Translations under genes and position numbers: made by a program
Source of the DNA: Paraspadella gotoi
Taxonomy: Eukaryota > Animalia > Chaetognatha
Length of the DNA: 64,000 nt
Assembly (NCBI GenBank): GCA_051294375.1
Contig: CM119267.1
Span: forward strand, 7,199,205-7,263,204
Reading direction: 5' to 3'
The notes under the pieces: model-generated
Seen by the model: only the letters and a program-made list of their open reading frames with translations
Told to the model about the DNA's origin: nothing
Database searches by the model: none
Shown here: positions 52,613 to 64,000 of the stretch, piece after piece
Layout: every line of letters starts with the position of its first letter
How positions within the stretch are numbered: the stretch's first letter is position 1

Positions 52613-53593
52613 TAGAGCGTTGAAAAATAACAAAATATAACAAATCAAGTGAGGTACATAGCTATTTTAGTGTAATGAAGTCTGTAAAATTCGATGGTGA
52701 TGACCTTTTTGTATTAATTTTATCTTTCTTGTCCGAAATGGCGGTTTTTAATGTTTATAAAATTGTTATAAAATAGCAAAACCATTATAAGTTATGATAA
52801 AATCCAATTATTAAAATTTTAAAAAATTTATATGAGCTTTTGAAATATAAAAATAAAGACTTATAAAAATATTTTGGTAAGTTTATTTTTTAAATTTATG
52901 TTTTATAAAAAGTTAGTTAACTATATTTATTAATAATTATGAGTAAAAATTGGCTAAAGTTAAAAAAATAATTTCAAAATTTTTTCATGGATTTGCATTC
53001 TTTGGAAAAAGTTGATATAAGAAAATATAATTTTTATATCAAAATTATGTCATTAAGTTGTGTCAAAATTCAGAAAAACTATAATTTTTAAGCCAAAAAT
53101 TGAAAAATTAACAAAAATAATAGTTTTTAATATTTTTAACCTACTTAATGAAAGATTTTTTAAAATCGATTATACTTTCTATTACTAACTTTTTGTAAGG
53201 AATTCAAATCCGGTTTTAAAATTTTAAATTTTTATTTTTTCACTTTAGCTTATTTTTTATTATTATTTATTAATAAATATAGCTAACAAACTATTAATAA
53301 AATATAAAATTTGTAATAAAACTTACCAAAATATTTATATGGGTCTTTATTTTCATATTATGTAAGTTAAATATGGCTTTTATAAAATCTTAATAATTTG
53401 AGTTTCTTATACTCTACAATGTTTGCTCCATTTTAATAGCACCTTATATGCTGCAAAAATCGCCATTTCCGACAAGGAAGATGAGACTATACCAAAAAAT
53501 GGTTATCATCATCGAATTCTACATACTTTATTACACTAAAATAGCTATGTACCTCACTTGATTTGTTATATTTCGTTATTTTTCAACGCCCTA
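52613..53593. mobile_element. 981-bp palindromic foldback DNA transposon, non-autonomous, hAT-like ends with target-site duplication
   Basis: Termini TAGAGCGTTGAAAAATAAC... and ...GTTATTTTTCAACGCCCTA; direct repeat TTACTTAG at 52605-52612 and 53594-53601; inverted pairing continues to a centre near 53100. Confidence 0.9.
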
Positions 53594-53639
53594 TTACTTA
53601 GTCTACATCCGTTTTTGACATAAAATTGGGCCTCATTTC

Positions 53640-53928
53640 ATATTAATCGGAATTAAGTTATTTCTTTTTAGATTGAAAGATTATCATTATGTTAGACGTT
53701 ACGGTTTGGGATTAGTTTGGGAACGGGTGAAGGATTAGAGTTGAGCATTAGGTTATTAATTATGGTTAGAGACTAGAGTTTCAGATTAGGCATTATAGTT
53801 AAAGATGAGAAATTACAATTAAAGATTAGGTGAGGGTGATCACGATCGGGATTAAAGATTAGGTAACGGATTAGGGTCAAATTTTACGGTTAAAATTAAT
53901 TTAAGGGCGCTTTTGGAATAGAGTAGCC
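53640..53928. mobile_element. Telomere-like MITE family, copy d (duplicated at ~63330-63618)
   Basis: Interior attagg/gttaga/ttaggg 6-mers; right end gggcgcttttggaatagagtagcc. Confidence 0.6.
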
Positions 53929-54144
53929 AAAGTTTTGCGATACAAGAAAAAAGAAAACTTGAGATTTTCATTTACCATATTTGTGATCGAAATTCGATTT
54001 GCATTTAAAACAAGATTTTCGTCGGATAGAAGGACGACGAGCAATTCCTTTCGGGACTCACCGGGGGGGGCGGTAACTTGATTACAATTCTAATGTAATT
54101 CAGGCGGGGAATGGGGGAGGGAGAGAGAGAGAGAGAGAGAGAGA

Positions 54145-54188
<44 letters not shown>

Positions 54189-54511
54189 GGAGAGAGAGAG
54201 ATAGAGACTTTTGAAGTTGATCTCTTCAACCAAAAAAAAAAAAGCAAGTTCAAGGTAATTCCTTTCAGGCTGAGGTGAGTCGTTCTCGATCAAAAATGAC
54301 GATGATGACGACGACAATAGAGACGAAAGAAAAAAATTACGAAAAAGACGACGCGAAACTTGACGAATGTCACTTGAGAAATAAGGAATAACGAGGAATA
54401 ATGACGACGATTGCAAACAAATTCGACAATTGTATTTGATTTTTTCATAAGAATGGTAGAACTGTGACTGAGATATTGATTACAATGATTAAATGAATTT
54501 CAAATGGTTCT

Positions 54512-55167
54512 TTATGAATGAATGAATAATTGAATGAATGAATTGAATGAATGAATGAATGAATAATGATGAAATGAATGAATAAATGAATGAAGCATGA
54601 ATGACTGAAAAAATTTATGAATGAATGAATGAATAAATAAATGAATGAATGAATGAATTGAATGAATGAATGAATGAATGAAGGAATGAATAAAATGAAG
54701 GAATGAATAAATGAATGAAGCAATGAATGACTGAAAGAATTTATGAAATGAATGAATGAATAATGAATGAATGAATGAATGAATGAATGAAGGAATGAAT
54801 AAATGAAGGAATGAATAAATGAATAAATGAATGAAGCAATGATGACTGAAAGAATTATGAATAATGAATGAATGAATGAATGAATGAATGAATGAATGAA
54901 TGAATAATGAATGAATGAATGAATGAATGAATGAATGAATGAATGAATGAATGAATATGAATGAATGAATGAATAAATAAATGGAATGCAATGAAGGAAT
55001 GAATGATAAATGAATGATGGAATAATGAAATGAATGAAATGAAAAGAATGAAGATGAATGAATGAATGAATGAAATGAATGAATGAATGAATGAATGATA
55101 CTTAACGACAACCATGATGAAGAGAAAATAAAACAATACGATGATGACAATGAATTACGGAGACGAC

Positions 55168-55211
<44 letters not shown>

Positions 55212-55226
55212 AGATGATGATGCATG

Positions 55227-55277
<51 letters not shown>

Positions 55278-55420
55278 GTGTATGATGATGATGATGATGA
55301 TGATGGTGATGATGATGGATGATGATAATGACAAAAAATTCAACGACAAATAATACGACTAGATTACGACGACGAAAACGACGAATATAACGACGATAAC
55401 GACGACGATAGCGAAGACGA
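54512..55420. repeat. Compound microsatellite (GAAT)n, then (GAT)n, then (GAC)n
   Basis: ~590 bp GAAT array with interspersed gactgaaa-aattt units, GAT array 55140-55330, GAC-like run 55365-55420. Confidence 0.95.
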
Positions 55421-56549
55421 TACGAGAAGAGGAAAGGTTTCGCGATTCCATTGAAATGAGGTCGAGAGGGTCAGTTTTCCGGGAGTGTCTAGGGGTGAGT
55501 GAATTAGTGGTAAGGGTGAAGCGACTGCGGGTTGTGAGGGTGGGGTGGGAGCTAAATGTGAGGCGATGATGAGATTGAAATGAAGTGAATCGGGACGCGT
55601 CGAGTCAAGAGGGCGCAGACAGGATCGTGAGAAAAAGTGAGAATTTAGGATCGTGAGAATTGACACTTTGCGATTCGGTCGATATCGGTCGCTTTATGTC
55701 GGCTTATTCATTTAATGTCGGGCAGATTTATCATAGTCGGGCGGATTAATTGCAAGTAGAACGTTAATGGAAATCATAAAAGTCAACGATGACAACGTTT
55801 CAAAGAGATTCACCCGATGGGAGAGCATTTGGAAAACAACGCAAATCTTTTAGTTTTCCTCGTTACAAAGTTAAAAAACTTGAAATAGATAAATATTTAT
55901 TTCTCATGAGAATAATCTCATTCTAATATTTAATGATTAATCGAAAAATCGTCTTGAATTAACCTTTATTCTTCTTTATCGTCAGCCGTAGTTTCACTCA
56001 TTATCTTTTTATCTTTTTCCGTCTTTAGTTATAGTTTGTTTGACGTTTATAAATGTACTGAATCAACCATGTTTAAATTATAAATAAAACGCATATGAAT
56101 TTGGTACAACCTTTCTCCTGACAGGCTTTGGTGGTTTAAGTATTAAGGCGTCCATAAAATAATAAAACATATTTTTTTCTTCAGTCGCAATATCTCTGCG
56201 AGCGTTTGAGTTGGCTTTTTCTCTCCGCTATATGCAATTATGCATTGCCCTTTATTTTAGTTTTTTGCAAACGTGCACGTAGCTCGCCTCGGCCCATTAA
56301 TCGCTCGTAACGAGGCCGGCTCGCTGCCTCGAAGTAATTTTGTATCGTTACTACTTCGGAGCAACAACTATGAAATCGAAGATATGCAGGTGAAAGTCAA
56401 ATTAAGCCTCAAGTGATTCTCATTCACCGCTAACTGAATTTCATTGTCTGTTTTTATTACCTCGTGAAAAATCGCTGTCCTTATTGACAGAGAAATGAAC
56501 CAATGCCAAAGCAACCAGCCATATGACATCACTTTCATCTCTCCTCTCT

Positions 56550-56588
<39 letters not shown>

Positions 56589-59524
56589 TTCTCCTCTCTT
56601 CCTCTTCTTCTTTCTCTCCCTGATTTATTGCAGTCTTTCTTCACAGCCATTCCGACGCCCCACGAACCACTAATCGTAAAAATTGCATTTTTTTATTTTC
56701 TTTCGATGTCTTTTTGTTTTTTATTTATTGCGGGTTTCCCGCCTAAAAACCCTCGGCAGTCGACAGCCTCAGACTGGCTCAACTGATGAGATTTCAATGC
56801 CCAGAATTCAGGCTTGGTCGCTATGGTAGTACTTCGTCGGGGACAGAAGAAGGACAGGCTATATAGGACCCTCTCCGCTTGTCCGCCTCCACCCTCTTTT
56901 TGGCTTCTCTTTGCCATTAAATGTGGAGATGCCATCTTTATATCGATCCTTTTTTTGCCACTTTTTCATTTTTTTTTTTTAGGCATAATGCCTAGATACA
57001 ATGATGTGGTACCAGTAATGATAGTTTTACTTTTTTTTTCATTGCCACAGTTCTGTCTATGACTAAAAACAAATTGGCAAATGCCTAGTGTAATGATAAT
57101 ATTCCGACTCATGAATTTTCATATGATATATTTAATACTTTTCCAATTGCAATGTCCCAACTGATCCTTAATTGTTATATTTTATTTTTTGTTGCCATTA
57201 GTCGCGATTTTTCTTGCCTCAATACTCATCGTTGATAAATCGTTTAATCTTCTATTGTCTTAATGTCCAAGGATTGTCTTTTATTTCAGAAAAAAAAAAA
57301 AAAAAATTTTCATTTCGTATATGTATATTGTATTGTATTGTATATTGTATTGTATAAAAAGGAAGTTGTTGACGACGACGTTGTTTCTTTAAGAAGACGA
57401 AAACGACGACAAACGACAGTGATGATGATGAGCGTGATCATGATGATGACGCAAAAACCAAAATTGTGACACTATGAAGAACAATAATAATCAATTAAAG
57501 GTATAAGTGCTAATTATGAACTATAATAATCAGAACCGACGTTCGACGACGACGACGACGACGTACGACATCGACGACTACGTTGATGGCATCGACTTTC
57601 GCCCATTTGACGTGCTGATCTCGATTCTCGTAACTCTTGTCTATCTATTTCTCTCTGACATTGCAAATCCTCGAAAACAGGGAAAAAAAGCGATGTCCGT
57701 GATATTTTGGGCGACACCAGAAAGAACTTGTTGTGCAGATTCATAGTATAACATTATTATATTCTCTTAATCACGACATGAGGCGTATGTAAATTAAATA
57801 GTTAACATTAGTTGCACTCGATTGTGGGTTTGTAAGTCTTCGTGCGCGATCTCACCGTGGCCTTGCCCACGAGACGAGTGGAGCTCGGGGTCGTCGAAAA
57901 AAAAAAAAGGCGCAGGACCAAAAACAGCCGACCCTTTCGCCGAATCGATCCTTTTCCACCTCCGCGTCAAAATAAATCGAGGGGCAGACCACCTCAGCCT
58001 CCAACCACCATTTCTCCCCACCAACCATTTTCTCTCGGTTCTCTTGGGCCACCATGTCCATCTATTATTAGTATCATAGATTATTGATTAGTATTATCAG
58101 TATTATATTCTAGAAAGAAAATTAATATTTATTATTGGGAATTTCTTGTAGAAATTAATTTTGTCACATCTAGTTCCTCATTTGGATTTATTCTTAAAAG
58201 TTTTGTATATACAAAAGTAAACCAAAAGCTTTTTTCTCATCGCTCTCCCTCATAAAACGAATGCCACCTTGTCTTCGCCAATTCGATCCATTTGCTTTTC
58301 TGATTTTAGACAAATCGATTCATCTATTTTCTCGGCCATTTTGATATCGAAACCCATCTGCCTAACCGAGATTTTTGAAAGAGGGTCTAGGCTCGACCTT
58401 TGATAAGTTTGGTTCGAGGAAAAGGTCAGGAGGTGGACCGAGCGAGCGAGTTGGCGTCTTCGAAAAAAAAAAATTGTTTTTGGTTTTCAGAAAAAAGGTT
58501 TGAAAAGCCCGCAATTTTCCAAAAAAATTCCCATTAACCAACGGCGAGTTTTTGAGATATTTTTATCACGAAAAGAGACATCTAGAAGATGAAAAATCGA
58601 TATTACTACCTCGAGCACTTTTTTAGTTCATTCTCATGTTTGATTGTTATTTGGTTTGTTTTTTTTTCATTTTTATATGTTTTGTTGTTTTATTTAATTA
58701 TTTTTTTCTTTCTTTGTTTTTCTTTAATCATTTTCCGTTTCGCTTGTAATTCTCTCTCTATATTTTGTATCTTACTCAATCATATCGTCGTCTTAGATTT
58801 TTTCCTTCCGGTAAAAAAAAACTTAAAGACGCACAGAAATATTTTTTTTCGACTCATATTTTTATTCTTTCGCTGAAAAAGCGATTTAAAGTTTGCGTGA
58901 CAGAGAAAGAAATCGGAATCTCTCTCTCTCTCTGCCTCTCTATGTTTATCTCACTTACCTCCTCCTCTCTCTCTCTCTTCTCGTACTACGTCTCTCTCAT
59001 CTTCTCATCGCTTCACTCTCTCTCTCTCTTCTCTCTTCTCTACTCTCTCCTCCCTCCTCTCTCTCTCTTCTTCTCTCTCCTCATTTTGCCTCGGTTATCT
59101 TACGGAAAACGTAGGAGTCGTTTTATTTTTAACACTTCATTACAGTTTTTTGTATTCTTCTTACTCCCTGGCTTCGGGGTTTTTTTTCTTGTATGCCAAT
59201 GAGAGATATAAAAATTTTCATATCTCGAGACCAGACAAACGACTTTCGCACTTTGGTTTCTTTTCTTCTCTCTGTTGTTTGGTGATCTTTTTGTTGGTTT
59301 TTGTTGTTTTAAGTGTTTTTTATTTTGTGTATTTTTCTTTTAGTTTTGTTTCTATGCTCGAGCTAGAAATGAGTTTAGATTTTATTAGTTATTTGTTACG
59401 CGAAGGTGTATTAGTTTATTTTTGTATTTTGGTAAATTTTTAAGCTTTCCGCTGGACTTTTTAACGAAGTTTTTAGTGTTGAACCAAGCATGCTATGTAA
59501 AATATAGCGATATAAACATATAAT

Positions 59525-59551
59525 CCCCCCCCCCCACCCCCACCCCCCCCG

Positions 59552-59590
<39 letters not shown>

Positions 59591-59630
59591 ACCCCCCCCC
59601 CCCCCCCACCCCGCCCCCCCCCCCCCCCAC
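59525..59630. repeat. ~105-bp poly(C) tract
   Basis: Almost pure C with sparse A/G. Confidence 0.9.
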
Positions 59631-60991
59631 AAGTTTAAACTAGTTGATTCAAGCGAGAGGCCAAACAACCGTCGCAATTATAATATCAGAGTCTTGGCAC
59701 AGGAAACGAATCACCGATCAACAAGTAGAATACACCAGACTAAAAAACTCACATTCAAATCTCGCATCACATCTCCATAAAAAAAAGAAAGACAACAAAA
59801 GAAAAGAAAAACTGAGATCCGCGGTCCTAGAAACGGAAATTCAAAACAAAACTTCTCATCCGAATAAAACCGCATTTGGACCTGGAACGACTCGACGACG
59901 ACCGACGACGACACGACGACGACGAGCGGACGACGACGACGAACGACGACGACGACTGACGACGACGACGACGACATTCGCTTTCCAACGGAGAAAAAAA
60001 CGAATAATGAGCAAAAGCATAAGCAGAAAAGGAACAACTCGCAGGGATATTCTTTATGCGGTTTTCCCCATGAGTTTTTCTTCTCAAAATGACAGAAGCA
60101 GGCCGGAAAGGACCGAGAGAGAGAGATGAGAGACTTGAAGAGAGAGAGAGATCGATGAGGAGAGCAGATAGACGGAGACGAGGACAGATGAGAGAGAACG
60201 AGATAGAAGCTTTCAAAGCTCATTGGCGTTTTTCCCAAACGACGTCTATTTTGCCATTTAACATCCAACCGCGTTCCCAATGTTGTTAGCTGTTGGTGCA
60301 AATTGAGTGGCTGGTTGCACCTGGGCAGAGCGTTTTCTGAAATTTAGTCTGCTGCGGGTGGAGACGATCAGATGCAAAGCCAGCTGAGAGAGAGACGAGG
60401 CGTCGAGGTACCGAATTCCAAAAACTGGCGACTGAAGGTGTCATTGCTTAGTTAGGCAGAGGTGAACTTTATAGGCAATGCCCGACTACACATCAACAAA
60501 AGAATTTAGATTTTCAGACAGACTAGCATGCTCTTAGCGGGTTCATCTTGTCCCATCTTACATCATAAATTCCTATGTAAAGTTGAAGCTCTGATTTTTT
60601 TTATCTCTGAAAAATGATTTGCCTTTCCGCGAGAAAACAAACTTATGGGTCACGCCGATTATATAGAAATGGAAAAAAAAAATTGAATTTAAAATTTTAG
60701 ACTCTGGAAAATCCGCCCGATTCGTAGTTGTAGGAGGAATTTTGGATAAATATTTGCAGTCGTCTGCCAATTTAATTTTTTCGGGCCAAAAGAAATTAAG
60801 TTAAAAAAAACAAAAACAAGGTGGCAGACAAAAATCCTCATACGTGACATCCGTGACTTATTTTTTTGCAGACGAGCTACCGACAAAAAACAGACAAATG
60901 ACTAACGGCAAAAATTTGACGACGATGCCTCCGACGACTCCAGAGAGTAAGAGGCGACCGTGACATCCAAATTATGAGCCGGGCGTGCGAT

Positions 60992-61048
60992 CGACCGACA
61001 CGCCCGACCGACACCGCCCGACCGACACGCACCGACCGACACGCCCGT
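60992..61048 (+). repeat. (CGACCGACACGC)-type 12-13 bp tandem repeat x4
   Basis: cgaccgacacgcc cgaccgacaccgcc cgaccgacacgcac cgaccgacacgcc. Confidence 0.8.
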
Positions 61049-61184
61049 CCCATCATCAAAACTTATGGGGCGTTATGTTGTACTCATTTGAAAGACATTT
61101 AGAAGCAGAGAGACTTTCATAGGGTTTGTCTCGCGTGCAAAATTCTCTCTCTTCCAATTNNNNNNNNNNNNNNNNNNNNNNNNN

Positions 61185-63803
61185 CTGCTCCAGTTGATTT
61201 TCTACCGAGGTTTTTGTTCGTTTTAAAAATGCAATATGAAATAAGCTCTCTCATAAGCTTAAGGGTCTATCATCAAAGGAATTTGAATGGTGATAGCCGT
61301 TAATTTTTTTTTGCACGGGAAAGTAGCTAAAAATTCCTATCTCTTATTGTAGCGGAAACAAAAATTTAATAATTTAATTAAAAATTTAGTTGATCCTACC
61401 TAAATATGTATATGATTTATTATTTTATTTTTGCATTCGAAAGTATTTTTTACAAAATTCCAAATTTTTAGTTTTTATTGTACAAAGCTACAATTTTAGG
61501 TTTAAGCCTCATTGAACAAAGGCTTTATATGACTAATTTTTTTTATTTTTATATTTACTTAAAAGCAGAAAAATCAAACCTAAATTCTATTCTTACAGAA
61601 ACAAAACAGTAATAACTATTAATTAATATTCATATTCATCTCTGAAATGTATTATTAAATTATATTAATTCTTAATTATAATAATTAAGAATTTAGCAAA
61701 AGTACAGAACCGTTCTCTTCTTTTTATATTTATATTACTTCTAAAGGTTTTATTTTTATCCAATTAACAGAATCCTTTAAAAAAAAGTTTAAATAAAATC
61801 AGTCAATACCTTAAATTTTGATTCATTCTGAGTTTTTTTTTGTTATAAATTTTTATGATAAAAGCTGAAAATCTTTTTAAAATTAGATCTTACCCTTTTT
61901 TTAAAAAAAAATTTAAAATTTGAAAAAGATTTTCTTCTTACCGATTTTTTAAAGAAAATTAAGCTAGCTGATTATATCGAATTTTTTAACTACTTTCCCA
62001 AACGATCATAAAAAAAAGAATCATATAGTCAGAACCAGCTTTTTATCCCCCCCTGGTCACTTGGTCCCCTTAAGGCACTGCTTAGTAAGCAGTTATTTTG
62101 GTATAGTTTTTTTACATAGGTAGGACTTCCGTTTTCGGTCCGTTTTTTTTCTTTTCAGATGAAGAATTCTTCAGAGAATTTTGAAAAAAGGTTCCGAGTC
62201 ATTTTTTGCTCAATCAAACGTAATGCATGACGGTATTTACTTCTTTCTCGCTCAGTTCTTCCCGCTGACGATATTAACAAAAAACGCCTACATTGATTAC
62301 TTAGTAGAGCGTTGAAAAATAACAAAATATAACAAATCAAGTGAGGTACAATAGCTATTTTAGTGTAATGAAGTCTGTAAAATTCGATGGTGATGACCTT
62401 TTTTGTATAATTTTATCTTTCTTGTCGAAATGGCGGTTTTTAATGTTTATAAAATTGTTATAAAATAGCAAAACCATTATAAGTTATGATAAATCAAATT
62501 ATTAAAATTTTAAAAATTTATATGAGCTTTTGAAATATAAAAATAAAGACTTATAAAAATATTTTGGTAAGTTTATTTTTAAATTTATGTTTATAAAAAG
62601 TTAGTTAACTATATTTTAATAATTATGAGTAAAAATTGGGCTAAAGTTAAAAATAAATAATTTCAAAATTTTTTCATGGATTTGCATTCTTTGGAAAAAA
62701 GTTGATATAAGAAAATATAATTTTTATATCAAAATTATGTCATTAAGTTGGTCAAAATTCCAGAAAAACTATAATTTTAAGCCAAAAATTGAAAAATTAA
62801 CAAAAATAATAGTTTTTAATATTTTTAACCTACTTAATGAAAGATTTTTTTAAAATCGATTATACTTTCTTATACTAACTTTTTGTAAGGAATTCAAATC
62901 GGTTTTAAAATTTTAAAATTTTATTTTTTCACTTTAGCTTATTTTTTATTATTATTTATTAATAAATATAGCTAACAAAACTATTAATAAAATATAAAAT
63001 TTGTAAATAAACTTACCAAAATATTTATATGGGTCTTTATTTTCATATTATGTAAGTTAAATATGGCTTTTATAAAATCTTAATAATTTGAGTTTCTTAT
63101 ACTCTACAATGTTTGCTCCATTTTAATAGCACCTTATATGCTGCAAAAATCGCCATTTCCGACAAGGAAGATGAGACTATACCAAAAAAATGGTTATCAT
63201 CATCGAATTCTACATACTTTATTACACTAAAATAGCTATGTACCTCACTTGATTTGTTATATTTCGTTATTTTTCAACGCCCTATTACTTAGTCTACATC
63301 CGTTTTTGACATAAATTTGGGCCTCATTTCATATTAATCGGAATTAAGTATTTTCTTTTTAGATTGAAAGATTTATCATTATGTTAGACGTTACGGTTTG
63401 GGATTAGTTGGGACGGGTGAGGATTAGAGTTGAGCATTAGGTTATTAATTATGGTTAGAGACTAGAGTTTCAGATTAGGCATTATAGTTAAAGATGAGAA
63501 ATTACAATTAAAGATTAGGTGAGGGTGATCACGATCGGGATTAAAGATTAGGTAACGGAATTAGGGTCAAATTTTACGGTTAAAATTAATTTAAGGGCGC
63601 TTTTGGAATAGAGTAGCCAAAGTTTTGCGATACAAGAAAAAAGAAAACTGAGATTTTCATTTACCATATTTGTGATCGAAATTCGATTTGCATTTAAACA
63701 AGATTTTCGTCGGATAGAAGGACGACGAGCAATTCCTTTCGGGACTCACGGGGGGGGCGGTAACTTGATTACAATTCTAATGTAATTCAGGCGGGGAATG
63801 GGG

Positions 63804-63880
<77 letters not shown>

Positions 63881-64000
63881 GATAGAGACTTTTGAAGTTG
63901 ATCTCTTCAACCAAAAAAAAAAAAGCAAGTTCAAGGTAATTCCTTTCAGGCTGAGGTGATTCGTCTCGATCAAAAATGACGATGATGACGACGACAATAG
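61185..64000 (+). repeat. Copy 2 of 51502-54320; starts at a 25-N gap and runs off the window
   Basis: Near-identical sequence including the same transposons and TSD. Confidence 0.97.
62305..63284. mobile_element. Second representation of the palindromic foldback element (same flanks, so not an independent insertion)
   Basis: Same termini, TTACTTAG at 62297-62304 and 63285-63292, identical flanking DNA. Confidence 0.88.

Larger units (their letters stand above)
51502..54320 (+). repeat. Copy 1 of a >=2.8 kb direct duplication (copy 2 at 61185-64000)
   Basis: Near-identical from ctgctccagttgattttctacc to gacgacgacaatag; differences are almost all 1-bp indels. Confidence 0.97.

Noticed and set aside
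62305-63284. Second palindromic element as evidence of recent transposition
   Set aside because: TSD and flanks are the same as the first copy; it is part of a block duplication beginning at a 25-N gap.

Overview
Eukaryotic, AT-rich, microsatellite-saturated draft-assembly sequence, probably an invertebrate animal (inference from splice signals, MITE types and undepleted CpG). It has many N gaps, seven of them exactly 25 N. I see no rRNA, tRNA, CRISPR array or prokaryote-style genes, and almost all of the supplied ORFs are translations of (CT)n/(GA)n/(GAC)n/(GAAT)n tracts. Much of the window is redundant. An ~8.3 kb unit appears twice in tandem (21.3-29.6 and 30.0-38.3 kb), and its first ~3 kb appears a third time, inverted (17.8-20.8 kb). 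51.5-54.3 kb recurs at 61.2-64.0 kb, and there are smaller duplicates near 3.4/5.4 kb and 8.0/8.4 kb. The copies differ mainly by scattered 1-bp indels and most abut 25-N gaps, which points to long-read gap-filling artefacts. Supportable biology: (1) a ~981-bp almost fully palindromic foldback transposon with a clean target-site duplication; (2) a dispersed MITE-like family carrying degenerate TTAGGG-like arrays; (3) other non-autonomous elements (TTAA-flanked, Helentron/HINE-like); (4) a phase-1/phase-1 exon encoding the first half of an Ig-like domain; (5) an unrecognised multi-exon gene candidate inside the repeated unit, obscured by indels. I cannot support a novel multi-gene system; the most unusual real signals are the palindromic element, the telomere-like MITE family and the hidden spliced gene.
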